DNA of 64,000 nucleotides from an uncultured Thermoleophilia bacterium (GTDB taxonomy: Bacteria > Actinomycetota > Thermoleophilia > UBA2241): NCBI GenBank assembly GCA_964533575.1, contig CAZHMG010000002.1:13373-77372 (forward strand). The letters are read 5' to 3'. The notes under the pieces are model-generated. The model did not search any database. It had not been told where the DNA came from and saw only the letters and a program-made list of their open reading frames with translations. The translations under genes and the position numbers were made by a program. Positions 1 through 9,642 of the stretch are shown here, one piece after another. Numbering within the stretch: the stretch's first letter is position 1; each line of letters opens with the position of its first letter.

Positions 1-1800
1 CCAGCTTCTGTTGGGCTCGGCGGATCTGCTCGGTGAAGTCGTACACCTCGTGTGCCACCACCGGTTGAACGACTGCCGGGGCAATCGTACCCGTCGCGGT
101 CTCACCCGGCACGAAGACGGCCGTGAACCGGACACCCAGAGCGGTCTCGATGGCCGTGGCCAGCAGCTCAGTGTTGCCCGGCTCTTTCGCTCTCGTGAGA
201 GCGAAGTTGGAGGGCAGTGTGACGGTGAGCACGCTGCCCTCAAGGCCGGTCGGCCGCGCCTCGCGCAGCATCGCATAGAGGCTGACACTGCTCGTCTGTA
301 CCCGTTGCAGGATGAGGTCCCAGGCACGCTTGACCCGCTCGAGGGTGACTTCGACCGGCGCGTGAGGCGTGCACTCCGCCTCGCGCGGTTCCGTTGCCCG
401 TGGCTCTGGTGCGGCAGGGCCGGTCTGATGCTCCTCTCTCGCTGGTCCCGCGAGCCCATCGTCGCCGCACCCGGTCTGCGATGCAGTCTCTGCCGGCTCT
501 GCGGTGACGGGCCGATTCGACGCCGCTCTCGTCGCGACTCTGTCGCCGGATGCTGCCGTACGGAGCACACCGGCGGCAGCGTCGGCCTCGAGGCGCCGCA
601 GGCGCTCCTCGAGGGCGGCCGCCGTATGGTCCAGTTGTGGCCGTGTCGCTTTGACCAGCGCGAGCTCGAGCTGCAGGCGCGGGTCCAGGCCGTCGCGGAT
701 CTCGCGCTGCGCGTCACCGAGCGTCTCGATCAGGTGGACGACTCCGCGGGGGTGGAGGTTGTTGGCCTGCGGCAGCAGGCGGCTGAGCCGTTGCTCGTCC
801 AGCTCGACGGTCTGCACGAGGACGCGGAGGGCGGCTTCGTCGCGCGCTGCGTCTTCGAGGTGCTGCAGGAGAAACACCTGCCGCAGGTGGCGGAGCAGGT
901 CGCGAATGAACTGGGAGTAGTCGATGCCGTCATGCGCCAGCCGCTGCACGAACTGGAGTGCCTCCGCCGGGCTGCGTTCGATGATGATGTCCGTGAGCTC
1001 GAAGAGCAGGTCTGCACTGGTGACGCCGAGCGCCTCGAGGACATCCGACGGCTTGATCACGCCTTCTGAGTACGTTATGAGCTTCTCGAGCGTCCCGATC
1101 GCGTCGCGGAAGCCGCCCTGCGAATGGCGGGCGATCTCTGCCAGTGCCGAGTCCTGGATCTCGATCGAAGGTCCGCCGCGCTCTGCGTCAGGGCGGGCGT
1201 TCTCCCGCTCGATGATGCTCGCCAGCAGCCTGGCTATATCGCGCACCTGCGGGCGACGGAAGTCGAAGCGCTGGCAGCGCGACAATATGGTCTCGGGGAT
1301 CCTGTGCGGCTCCGTGGTCGCGAGCACGAAGACGACATCGGCAGGAGGTTCTTCCAGGGTCTTGAGCAAGGCGTTGAACGCCTCACGCGTGAGCATGTGG
1401 ACTTCGTCGACGATGTAGATCTTGAAGCGGCCTTGAACCGGGGCAAAGGCGATCTTGTCCCGCAGGTCGCGAATGTCGTCGATGCTGCGATTTGAGGCGG
1501 CGTCCATCTCGACCACGTCGAGCGAGAAGCCGTCGGCGATCGCCACACAGTGCCGGCAGACGCCGCAGGGGGTGGAGGTCGGCCGTTCGACGGGCGCGGT
1601 CAGCGTCCCGGTACAGTTGAGCGCCTTGGCGAGGATCCTCGCCGTGCTGGTCTTGCCGGTGCCACGGGGTCCCGCGAACACGTATGCATGGGCGACGGCA
1701 TCGGTTTCGACGGCGTTGTGCAGCGTGCGCGCGACATGGTCCTGGCCGATGAGCTCTGTGAACGCCTGGGGACGGTACTCCCTGTAGAGAGAACGTTTCA
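1..1800 (-). CDS. dnaX: DNA polymerase III subunit gamma/tau, C-terminal end cut by window edge
   Basis: Minus-strand ATG at 1800..1798 gives MKRSLYREYRPQAFTELIGQDHV..., Walker A GPRGTGKTS and clamp-loader AAA+ motifs; frame still open at position 1 (..EVYDFTEQIRRAQQKL). Confidence 0.85.
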
Positions 1801-1899
1801 TAGTCGGCGCGCGCGTCTTCCGTGAGGATGACAGAGATCCGGCCGCGCACCCGCCGTCGAAACACGTTCTCCGAGCGTCCCTGCCGGGCGCAAGCTCGG

Positions 1900-2000
1900 G
1901 TCAGGCGACCCTACGGCACATGGAATGGCCTGCTTACCGCTGCTTCCTCCCGGACCTGACGGAGTTCGCAGGGTTCCATTGCGTAGGACCCGACCTTCAA
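1900..2000 (-). ncRNA. ffs: Signal recognition particle RNA (small 4.5S type); ends approximate
   Basis: Minus-strand reading of 1939..1961 is CGTCAGGTCCGGGAGGAAGCAGC, the conserved SRP RNA domain-IV motif; complementary arms CCCTACGG (1909-1916) and CGTAGG (1982-1987) close a long hairpin; classical position immediately upstream of dnaX. Confidence 0.6.
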
Positions 2001-2317
2001 CGCCGCACACCGACTGACTGCCTCGCAGAACGGTCCCTCGGGCGGGGATTAAGCCCCGCTGTAGCGGATTGCGGGTACAGGGCACCGCTAGCTCCCCGCC
2101 TAGCGCGACCGGTCTTTGATAGTAAGCCCCACGGGGCCGCGAAGCAAACGAAGAACGGGAGGGATGAGACGCATTCGACGCCACGGCCCCGCATGGACGG
2201 CGTTGTTACAACGAGGAAGACGACGACTGCGTCACCTGCCCGGGGGGCGGCGGCGCAGCGTCGTCTTCAGGCCCGTCTGTGCGGTACTTCACCTCGGTGG
2301 TCCGGACGTTGACCGCA

Positions 2318-2572
2318 TCACGCAGCTCGATCGATGTCGTCGTCGCGATACGTCGACGTGCCATCGCGGCGCTCGACCCTGGTGGTGCGGCTGCGTCCGA
2401 AGCCCCAGCCCCAGGACGACCAGAAGATGAGGGACAGGACGGCGCCGATGGCGCCGACCACCATGAGAATGGTGCCGATGACCTGAATGTCGACCCCGGA
2501 AATCTCGGCTGTTACGGCGAAGCGCAGGATCGCGCCGAGAGCGATCAGGAAGATGCTCGTTCCGATTCCCAC
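2318..2572 (-). CDS. small two-TM membrane protein (DUF6458-like)
   Basis: GTG start at 2572 five nt after AGAGGAGG; product VGIGTSIFLIALGAILRFAV...MVVGAIGAVLSLIFW strongly hydrophobic. Confidence 0.55.
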   Translation of the reverse strand: MGIGTSIFLIALGAILRFAVTAEISGVDIQVIGTILMVVGAIGAVLSLIFWSSWGWGFGRSRTTRVERRDGTSTYRDDDIDRAA

Positions 2573-2668
2573 TGTGACCTCCTCTCTACAGGAACCGCAT
2601 ACTGGGCGTGTTCCCGCAGCCTGCAAGCGCAAACGGGATGCGCAAGCCAGGCACTTGATGTGGAGGGA

Positions 2669-3637
2669 TCAGGCGGCAATCGCGCCGGCGCTGGTCGCTC
2701 GCCGGATCACGCCGTCCCACTCGCGCGTGAACCGGTCCAGTCCGAACCGCTCCTGCGCCCTGCGGCGCGCCCCGTCCCCGAGCCGGCGCGCCTCCTCCGG
2801 ATCCTTCAGCAGCCGCCGCATGCGTTCGACCAGCGTGTCGACTCGTGTATCCACATAACCGGACACGCCGTTCTCGATCGCGGTCGACATCTCGGTTGTG
2901 GCCAGGCCGATGATCGGCATGCCGATCGTCATCGCCTCGCAGACGGCGAGTCCCATGCTCGTGTAGCGGATGGGGTTGAAGAAGAAGCGGTAGCGGGCCA
3001 TGAAAGAGGGGAGTTGAGTCATAGGAACCTCGCCCAGGCCTCCAAGTTCTCTCGACCCCATGCCCACGAGGTCGAGGGGAATTCGTTCGCGCACACGATC
3101 GAAGATGTCCGCTCCCAGCCGTCGGCCGCGTCCGGCGAGGTTATTGACGACGACGATGCCGCGCTCCAGCTCACCGCTGTAGCAGACGTCATCGGGGACG
3201 AAGACGCCGTGATCGACCACGATCGTCGGCGTGCGCCCCGTGTCCCACATGAGGTGGTTGAACGGCGTGACCTGGACCAGGAGCACCCCCGGATCGTCGA
3301 CCCAGTGGCGCGTGTCGGTCGGGTGTTCTCGTGGAGGATCGTGCTCGATGTAGATGCGCGGCAAGCGCCGCTGCTTGGGCGAGAGGATGTCGTACTGATC
3401 CTCCTCCCAGTTCCGGCGCGACTGGTAGATGACACAGTCGAGGTCCAGATTCGCGACCTCCGCAGCCGGCACTTCGACAAGGTTGTCCGGCCACGGGAAG
3501 TCGCCGGCACGGCCGCCGTACCCCGGCGTCCCGTCGCCCAACACGGGGACGAAGAAGGTGTGGGGGCTCTGCACGAGATAGAGAAGATAGCCGCCGTGCA
3601 CGTGCCAGGTCAGGATTCGTTTGCCTCGCGGTCCCAT
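2669..3637 (-). CDS. glycosyltransferase, GT-B fold (family 1/4-like), divergent from heptose operon
   Basis: 322-aa ORF; C-terminal half shows GT1/GT4 sugar-donor binding pattern (..FFNPIRYTSMGLAVCEAMTIGMPIIGLATTEMS..GYV..). Confidence 0.65.
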   Translation of the reverse strand: MGPRGKRILTWHVHGGYLLYLVQSPHTFFVPVLGDGTPGYGGRAGDFPWPDNLVEVPAAEVANLDLDCVIYQSRRNWEEDQYDILSPKQRRLPRIYIEHDPPREHPTDTRHWVDDPGVLLVQVTPFNHLMWDTGRTPTIVVDHGVFVPDDVCYSGELERGIVVVNNLAGRGRRLGADIFDRVRERIPLDLVGMGSRELGGLGEVPMTQLPSFMARYRFFFNPIRYTSMGLAVCEAMTIGMPIIGLATTEMSTAIENGVSGYVDTRVDTLVERMRRLLKDPEEARRLGDGARRRAQERFGLDRFTREWDGVIRRATSAGAIAA

Positions 3638-3800
3638 GTTCGTGACTCCTCTCGCCCGTGACGTCGGCTTCTATTCCCTCGTCCGCCGCGCCGCACGCCG
3701 TTTTCTGCTGCTCGTAGGCATCTTTTTCGCAGGGAAACGGTTTGCCGACGACTCGCCAGGGGGAGCGTCGAGACCAGTACTAATGCCAAGGGAGGGCGGC

Positions 3801-5711
3801 ATGACCAGGCGAATCGCGATGATCAGTGAGCATGCATCTCCTCTGGCGACACTCGGCGGCGTTGACGCCGGCGGACAGAACGTCTACGTGGGGGAGGTGG
3901 CCAGGCAGCTGGCGACGCTGGGCTACCAGGTCGACATCTTCACCCGTCGCGACTCCGATCTGCTGCCCGAGATCGTGGAGTGGTTCGACGGCGTCCGTGT
4001 CGTACACGCCCCGGCAGGTCCGGCACGGTTCGTGCGCAAGGAGGACATGCTGCCCCTGATGGCGCCGTTCACGGAGTTCATGGTGGACTTCTACCGGCGC
4101 GGCAATCACTACGACCTGCTGCACGCCAACTTCTGGATGTCGGGATTGGTCGCGGCCGAACTGAAGCGACTCCTGAACATCCCGTTCGTGGTGACCTTCC
4201 ACGCCCTGGGACGGATCCGCAGGATGCACCAGGGGCCGAATGACGGGTTCCCGGACAGCCGCTTCGAGATCGAAGACAGGGTCGTGGCCGAGGCGGATCG
4301 GGTCATCGCGGAATGTCCGCAGGACCGCGAAGACCTCATCCGCCACTACAGCGCCTCTCCGCAGCGCGTGACGATCGTGCCGGCCGGGTTCGACCCTGGC
4401 GAGTTCAGCCCGATACGCAAGGAGCTTGCCCGCACAGCGCTGGGGCTGCAGCCGTCGGCTCACGTGGTCCTGCAGCTCGGCCGCGTGGTCCCCCGAAAAG
4501 GAGTCGACACGGCCATTCGGGGATTCGCGAGGCTTGTGAACACGCACGGGGTGGATGCCCGCATGCTGATCGTGGGCGGCGAACCCTCTCAGTCGGCCAA
4601 GAACGGCGTGACCCCGGAGCTCGAGCGGCTGCGGTGCATTGCGCAGGAATGCGGCGTCTTAGACCGGGTCCACTTCGAGGGCCCGCGCGGCCGCGAGACG
4701 CTGAAGTGGTACTACAGCGCCGCCGACGTCTTCGTGACGACGCCATGGTACGAGCCCTTCGGCATCACCCCGGTGGAGGCCATGGCCTGCGGGACGCCGG
4801 TTCTGGGCTCCAGCGTCGGAGGCATCAAGTTCACCGTGCGTGACGGCGAGACCGGCTACCTCGTGCCGCCGCACGGCAGCGATGCGGTCGGCGATCGCCT
4901 GGCAGACATGTACGCCAATCCGGCGCTGATGAGCACGCTGGGGCAGCAGGCGGTGCAGCGCGCCAACGATCTGTTCACATGGCGCAAGGTCGCCAGCGCC
5001 CTGGCCGACGTCTACGACGACCTGCTCCTGCGCCGGCAACCCATCACCCGCCAGACCGCCGATCACTTCACGCTCGTCGACAAGGGCTTCGATGCGGTGC
5101 TGACGACATTCGAAGAGTCCAGAAGGCGTATCGCCGGCGCGATCGTCGACTTGGCTGAGGTCATCGCGACCGCGTTCTTGAACGGCGGCAAGCTTCTCAT
5201 CTGCGGCAACGGCGGCAGCGCCGCCGAGGCGCAGCACCTCGCGGCGGAGCTCGTCGGGCGGTTCCGTGACGAGCGCCAGCCCTTGCCCGCCATCGCCTTG
5301 ACCGCAGACAGTTCCATCCTCACAGCATGGTCGAACGACCACGGGTTCGAGGATGTCTTCGCCCGTCAGGTCGCGGCGCTCGGCCGCCGTGGCGACGTAC
5401 TCCTCGTTTTGAGCACGAGCGGTCGTTCTCCCAATCTGCTGCAGGCCGTGCAGATGGCGCGCAGCATGGGCATGGACACCCTCGCCATGCTGGGGCGGGG
5501 GGGAGGGGAGGCTCGCTGGCTGGCGAGCAGGACGCTCCTCGTGCCGTCGTCCGACACGCGACGCGTGCAGGAGATGCACCTGGTCCCCATTCACATGATC
5601 TGCGAGCTGGTCGAGGCCCAGCTGCAAGCGCCGATGAGGGCCGAGCTCAGAATGCTGGCCGGCCAGATGCAGGACGACGAGCCGAAGGTCGCCAAGGCCG
5701 GGGGCGCGTGA
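3801..5711 (+). CDS. gmhA: fusion protein: N-terminal GT4 glycosyltransferase (SPS/MshA-like, phosphosugar-acceptor type) + C-terminal SIS-domain sedoheptulose-7-phosphate isomerase (GmhA)
   Basis: ATG 3801 after GGGAGGGCGGC RBS; N-term MISEHASPLATLGGVDAGGQNVYVGEVARQLATLG and E(x7)E-region ..TPWYEPFGITPVEAMACGTPV.. (GT4); C-term ..LLICGNGGSAAEAQHLAAELVGRF..LTADSSILTAWSNDHGFEDVFARQV..VLLVLSTSGRSPNLL.. (GmhA SIS fold). Confidence 0.8.
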   Translation: MTRRIAMISEHASPLATLGGVDAGGQNVYVGEVARQLATLGYQVDIFTRRDSDLLPEIVEWFDGVRVVHAPAGPARFVRKEDMLPLMAPFTEFMVDFYRRGNHYDLLHANFWMSGLVAAELKRLLNIPFVVTFHALGRIRRMHQGPNDGFPDSRFEIEDRVVAEADRVIAECPQDREDLIRHYSASPQRVTIVPAGFDPGEFSPIRKELARTALGLQPSAHVVLQLGRVVPRKGVDTAIRGFARLVNTHGVDARMLIVGGEPSQSAKNGVTPELERLRCIAQECGVLDRVHFEGPRGRETLKWYYSAADVFVTTPWYEPFGITPVEAMACGTPVLGSSVGGIKFTVRDGETGYLVPPHGSDAVGDRLADMYANPALMSTLGQQAVQRANDLFTWRKVASALADVYDDLLLRRQPITRQTADHFTLVDKGFDAVLTTFEESRRRIAGAIVDLAEVIATAFLNGGKLLICGNGGSAAEAQHLAAELVGRFRDERQPLPAIALTADSSILTAWSNDHGFEDVFARQVAALGRRGDVLLVLSTSGRSPNLLQAVQMARSMGMDTLAMLGRGGGEARWLASRTLLVPSSDTRRVQEMHLVPIHMICELVEAQLQAPMRAELRMLAGQMQDDEPKVAKAGGA

Positions 5712-5725
5712 GCAGGGGAGGACGA

Positions 5726-6451
5726 ATGACCGGATTGGCTGGAAGGACGGCGATGGTCACCGGCGGCGGCAGCGGGCTCGGGGCCGCCATCTGCACCGCA
5801 CTTGCCCGCGGTGGCGTCGAGGTGGCGGTGGCGGACCTCAACGATGCGGGAGCGGCGCGTACGGTCGCCGCGATCGCCGCAGAGGGAGGTACTGCCTTCC
5901 CGCTCCACGTGGATGTGAGTGACGACGGCAGCGTGGGAGACGCATTTGCCGAGATGGAACGCCGGGGAATGGCGCCGGACATCCTCGTCAACAACGCCGC
6001 CGTCGACTTCGCTGAGCCGGTCGACGAGATCGATCCAGAGTTGTGGGTGCGTGAGGTCGAGGTCAATCTCTTCGGCGCCTTCTTCACCTCGCGCCGCGCT
6101 CTCGCCCTCATGAAACAGAGCGGCGGCGGGAACATCGTCAACATTGCCTCGACTGCAGCGCGCCGAGCGTGGGCGAACGCCTCGGCGTATCACGCGAGCA
6201 AGTGGGGCCTCATGGGATTCAGCCATGGCCTGCATGTCGAGGGCAGGCCACACGGCGTGAAGGTGACCGCTGTGATCAGTGGCGGCATGACGACGCCGTT
6301 CCTGCTCGATCGTTTCTCCGACATCGACCAGACCACGCTGCAGGACCCCGCCAACGTCGCCGCCACCGTGCTCTTCGTGCTGCAGCAGCCGGTGGAGTGC
6401 GTCATTCCGGAAGTGATGGTCATCCCTATGACGGAGACCTCGTGGCCATGA
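5726..6451 (+). CDS. short-chain dehydrogenase/reductase (classical SDR)
   Basis: ATG 5726 after AGGGGAGGACGA; TGGGSGLG glycine-rich NAD(P) motif, NNAAV, S..YHASK catalytic tetrad; 241 aa; 4-nt ATGA overlap with downstream gmhB. Confidence 0.8.
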   Translation: MTGLAGRTAMVTGGGSGLGAAICTALARGGVEVAVADLNDAGAARTVAAIAAEGGTAFPLHVDVSDDGSVGDAFAEMERRGMAPDILVNNAAVDFAEPVDEIDPELWVREVEVNLFGAFFTSRRALALMKQSGGGNIVNIASTAARRAWANASAYHASKWGLMGFSHGLHVEGRPHGVKVTAVISGGMTTPFLLDRFSDIDQTTLQDPANVAATVLFVLQQPVECVIPEVMVIPMTETSWP

Positions 6452-7047
6452 ACCGCGAGACTCCCGCCGTCCTTCTTGACAAGGACGGCACGCTGGTCGA
6501 GAACCTCGCATACAACGTCAATCCGGCGCGCATCCGCCTGCTCCCGGGCGTGTCCGAGGGCCTGAGGATCCTCAAGGGCGCGGGCTACAAGCTGGTCGTG
6601 GTCTCGAATCAGTCGGGCGTGGCGCGGGGACGGTTCACGGAAGAGGAGCTGCTCGCCGCCGCCGACGCCCTGGAGTGCCTGCTGAGCTCTGCGGATGCGG
6701 CGCTCGATGGCTTCTTCTACTGCCCGCATCACCCCGAGGGCATCGTCGCGCCGTACGCGCTGGAGTGCACGTGCCGCAAACCGCGTCCCGGACTGATCCA
6801 GCGGGCGGCCAGCGAGCTGAACCTGATGCTCGAACGCTCCTGGATGGTCGGCGACATCCTCGACGACATCGAGGCGGGCAACCGCGCGGGATGCAGGACC
6901 GTCCTGATCGATCAGGGCAACGAGACCGAGTGGTATTTCGCTCCGGACAGGGTGCCGGATAGAGTGACGGACAGCTTCCTCGAGGCCGCGAATTACATCG
7001 TGAACGTATCCAGGTCTGGCGCTCCCTCGACCCTCTACGAAGTCTGA
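6448..7047 (+). CDS. gmhB: D-glycero-D-manno-heptose 1,7-bisphosphate phosphatase (HAD family)
   Basis: MNRETPAVLLDKDGTLV (DxDGT HAD motif I), ..CTCRKPRPG.., ..VGD..D..AG.. typical GmhB/histidinol-phosphatase-like motifs. Confidence 0.8.
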   Translation: MNRETPAVLLDKDGTLVENLAYNVNPARIRLLPGVSEGLRILKGAGYKLVVVSNQSGVARGRFTEEELLAAADALECLLSSADAALDGFFYCPHHPEGIVAPYALECTCRKPRPGLIQRAASELNLMLERSWMVGDILDDIEAGNRAGCRTVLIDQGNETEWYFAPDRVPDRVTDSFLEAANYIVNVSRSGAPSTLYEV

Positions 7048-7059
7048 GCGGACGATTTC

Positions 7060-8562
7060 GTGACGTCGAACCTGACAACCCTGATTCGGACGTTCCCTCG
7101 CCTCAAGGTCGTCGTCGTAGGCGATGCGATGCTGGACGTGTTTCTGACGGGATCGAGCCACCGGCTGTGTCGCGAGGCGCCTGTTCCGGCCGTCGACATC
7201 GAGGGGCGGCGGGATGAGCCCGGCGGCGCTGCCAATACCGCAGCCAATGCCCGCAGCCTCGGAGCTTCCGTCGAATTGCTCGCCGTCGTCGGCGGCGACG
7301 AAGAGGGCCTTCGGCTACGCCAGGCCCTGGATCGTACCGGTGTGGACGTGGCGGGGATGATGATCGAGTACGGGCGGCGAACCCTGACGAAGCAGCGCAT
7401 CGTCGCCGACGACCAGATCATGCTGCGTCTGGACAACGGCGACACGAGGAGGATCGACGAAGGGAGCGAAGCGGCGCTCATTCGGCGGCTGGAGAGCGCC
7501 TACCGGCACTGCGACGTCGTCATCATCTCGGATTATGGCTACGGGTCTGTGACCCCTCGTCTCCTCGAGCGAGCGGCGTCGCTTCAGCGCAGACACGCGA
7601 GGGTCCTCGTGGTCGATGCGAAGGACATCTCGCGCTGCAAGGGCTTGGGCGCGACGGCCGTGAAGCCCAACTACGAGCAGGCCGTGGCATGGCTGAAGCT
7701 GGGCCACGCCGCCGCGAGCGAACGGGTCCGGCAGATGGCCGGCCAGGGACGGAAGCTGCTCGACGTGACCGGGGCTCAGATCGTGGCGCTGACGCTGGAT
7801 TCGGACGGGGCCCTGGCATTCGAGCACGGCAAGGCGCCGTATCGAACGTACGCGCGGCCGGAGCGGCGCACGCGCACGACTGGCGCCGGCGACACGTTCG
7901 CCGTCGCCTTGGCGCTGTCACTGGCGAGCGACGCCTCAACCGCAGTGGCCGTCGAGCTGGCGTCCGCGGCCGCCGCGGTGGTCGTCTCCAAAGACGTGAC
8001 CGGGCGCTGCGAAGCGTTCGAGCTGCGCCAGCGCCTCTTCAGTGGCGACAAGGTGCTGGCCGATAGCGAGCGCGTCGAGGAACGTGTCGAGTATCTGCGC
8101 CGCCAGGGCAAGAGGATCGTCTTCACCAACGGCTGCTTTGATCTGCTGCATCCCGGCCACGTCGCCTATCTGAACGGGGCGAAGATGCTGGGTGACGTCC
8201 TCATCGTCGGAGTGAATACGGACGACAGCATTCGGCGCCTCAAGGGACCAAGCCGCCCGATCGTGAACCTTCAGGATCGTATCGAGGTGCTGGCGGCCCT
8301 CAGCTCGGTCGACCACATCGTCGCCTTTGACGAGGATTCGCCCGTCGAGCTGGTGCGCTTGGTCAAGCCAGACCTTTTCGTCAAGGGCGGCGACTACACG
8401 CGCGAGATGCTGCCGGAGGCGTCGCTCGTCGAGACGCTCGGTGGCGAGGTTCGCATTCTGCCGCTCATTCCGGAACGCTCGACCAGCGACATCATCGCCA
8501 GCATCAGATCGAGCCCCGAGGCACAGCCCCGCCTGCACTCGCTTGCGGAGGGAACAGGGTGA
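7060..8562 (+). CDS. hldE: bifunctional D-beta-D-heptose 7-phosphate kinase / D-beta-D-heptose 1-phosphate adenylyltransferase
   Basis: 500 aa; N-terminal ribokinase-fold kinase domain (..TGAGDTF..) and C-terminal cytidylyltransferase domain (FTNGCFDLLHPGHVAYL..GVNTDDS..). Confidence 0.9.
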   Translation: MTSNLTTLIRTFPRLKVVVVGDAMLDVFLTGSSHRLCREAPVPAVDIEGRRDEPGGAANTAANARSLGASVELLAVVGGDEEGLRLRQALDRTGVDVAGMMIEYGRRTLTKQRIVADDQIMLRLDNGDTRRIDEGSEAALIRRLESAYRHCDVVIISDYGYGSVTPRLLERAASLQRRHARVLVVDAKDISRCKGLGATAVKPNYEQAVAWLKLGHAAASERVRQMAGQGRKLLDVTGAQIVALTLDSDGALAFEHGKAPYRTYARPERRTRTTGAGDTFAVALALSLASDASTAVAVELASAAAAVVVSKDVTGRCEAFELRQRLFSGDKVLADSERVEERVEYLRRQGKRIVFTNGCFDLLHPGHVAYLNGAKMLGDVLIVGVNTDDSIRRLKGPSRPIVNLQDRIEVLAALSSVDHIVAFDEDSPVELVRLVKPDLFVKGGDYTREMLPEASLVETLGGEVRILPLIPERSTSDIIASIRSSPEAQPRLHSLAEGTG

Positions 8563-9638
8563 CCGGGCAAGGATGGCAGGCGGCGCGAAACGTCCTCTGC
8601 GTCCGGCTCGACACGATCGGGGACGTCCTCATGATGACGCCGGCGATGCGCGCCCTCAAGGAATCAGTCGATGATCGCGTCATCACGCTCATGACCTCGT
8701 CGCGTGGCTCGTCCGTCGCGCCGCTCATCCCGGAAGTCGGCGATGTCATCGTCTACGACGTGCCGTGGATGAAGGCCACACCGGAGGGCGCCACATACGC
8801 GGTCGACCTCGCCATGTGTGAACTGCTGCGCCGGCGCCGCTTCGACGCCGCCGTGATCTTCACGACCTACTCGCAGAGCCCTCTGCCTGCGGCTCTGCTC
8901 CTGCACCTCGGGAACGTGCCTCTGCGCCTCGCCCACTGCCGTGAGAACCCCTATCAGCTCCTGACGGACTGGGTTGCGGAGCCGGAGCCTCAAACCGGGA
9001 TCAGGCACGAGGTACGGCGTCAGCTCGACCTCGTCGCGGCCATCGACGCCGTCAACGGCGACGAGTCGCTGTCCCTCGTCGTCCCGGAAAGGGCACGTGC
9101 CGTCGTGCGCCGCCTCCTCGCCGACAACGGCATTGAGGACGGAGATGCCTACATCGTCATGCATCCCGGGGCCAGCGCGCCGTCCCGCCGCTGGGAGCCG
9201 GAGGGGTTCATGGACGTGGCGCGCGGCCTCGCCGAGGAGGGATGCCACCTGGTGCTCACCGGCGATGCCGGCGAGCGGGGCCTTGCGGCGTCCATCGCCG
9301 CCGCTGCCGCACGCCGGCCGCTCTCGCTGGCCGGGTGTCTCGACCTGGCCGAACTCTCGGCCCTGATCGAGGGAGCGGCCCTGCTCATCAGCAACAACAC
9401 GGCGCCGGTGCACATCGCGTGTGCGATGGGGACACCGGTCGTCGACCTGTACGCCCTCACCAACCCTCAGCATACGCCGTGGAACGCGACCAGCAGGGTG
9501 TTGTCGCACGACGTTCCCTGCAAGTTCTGCTATCGCAGCATCTGTCCGGAGGGGCACCACGAGTGCCTGCGGCTGGTGGAGCCTGAGCGCGTGCTGGCGG
9601 CGGCGCACTCCCTCCTGCCGGCCTCCTGCCGCTCCTGA
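8559..9638 (+). CDS. glycosyltransferase family 9 (heptosyltransferase-like), paralog 1
   Basis: GTG start overlaps hldE stop (GTGA); ..VRLDTIGDVLMMTPAMRAL.. N-terminal GT9 motif and ..NNTAPVHIACAMGTPVV.. C-terminal motif. Confidence 0.85.
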   Translation: MTGQGWQAARNVLCVRLDTIGDVLMMTPAMRALKESVDDRVITLMTSSRGSSVAPLIPEVGDVIVYDVPWMKATPEGATYAVDLAMCELLRRRRFDAAVIFTTYSQSPLPAALLLHLGNVPLRLAHCRENPYQLLTDWVAEPEPQTGIRHEVRRQLDLVAAIDAVNGDESLSLVVPERARAVVRRLLADNGIEDGDAYIVMHPGASAPSRRWEPEGFMDVARGLAEEGCHLVLTGDAGERGLAASIAAAAARRPLSLAGCLDLAELSALIEGAALLISNNTAPVHIACAMGTPVVDLYALTNPQHTPWNATSRVLSHDVPCKFCYRSICPEGHHECLRLVEPERVLAAAHSLLPASCRS

Positions 9639-9642
9639 TCGC

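Noticed and set aside
11-1069. 352-aa plus-strand ORF at the window start
   Set aside because: Antisense to the clearly recognisable dnaX frame. Arg/Gly-rich composition typical of spurious ORFs in 70% GC DNA.
2279-3661. 460-aa plus-strand ORF
   Set aside because: Lies antisense to the GT-B glycosyltransferase and the DUF6458 gene. No recognisable domains, low-complexity Arg/Asp/Gly content.
3621-3800. 60-codon N-terminal extension of the GT4-GmhA ORF
   Set aside because: No similarity. The internal ATG at 3801 has a strong GGGAGGG RBS and starts exactly at the conserved GT4 N-terminus. The extension would also consume the divergent promoter region shared with the GT on the other strand.
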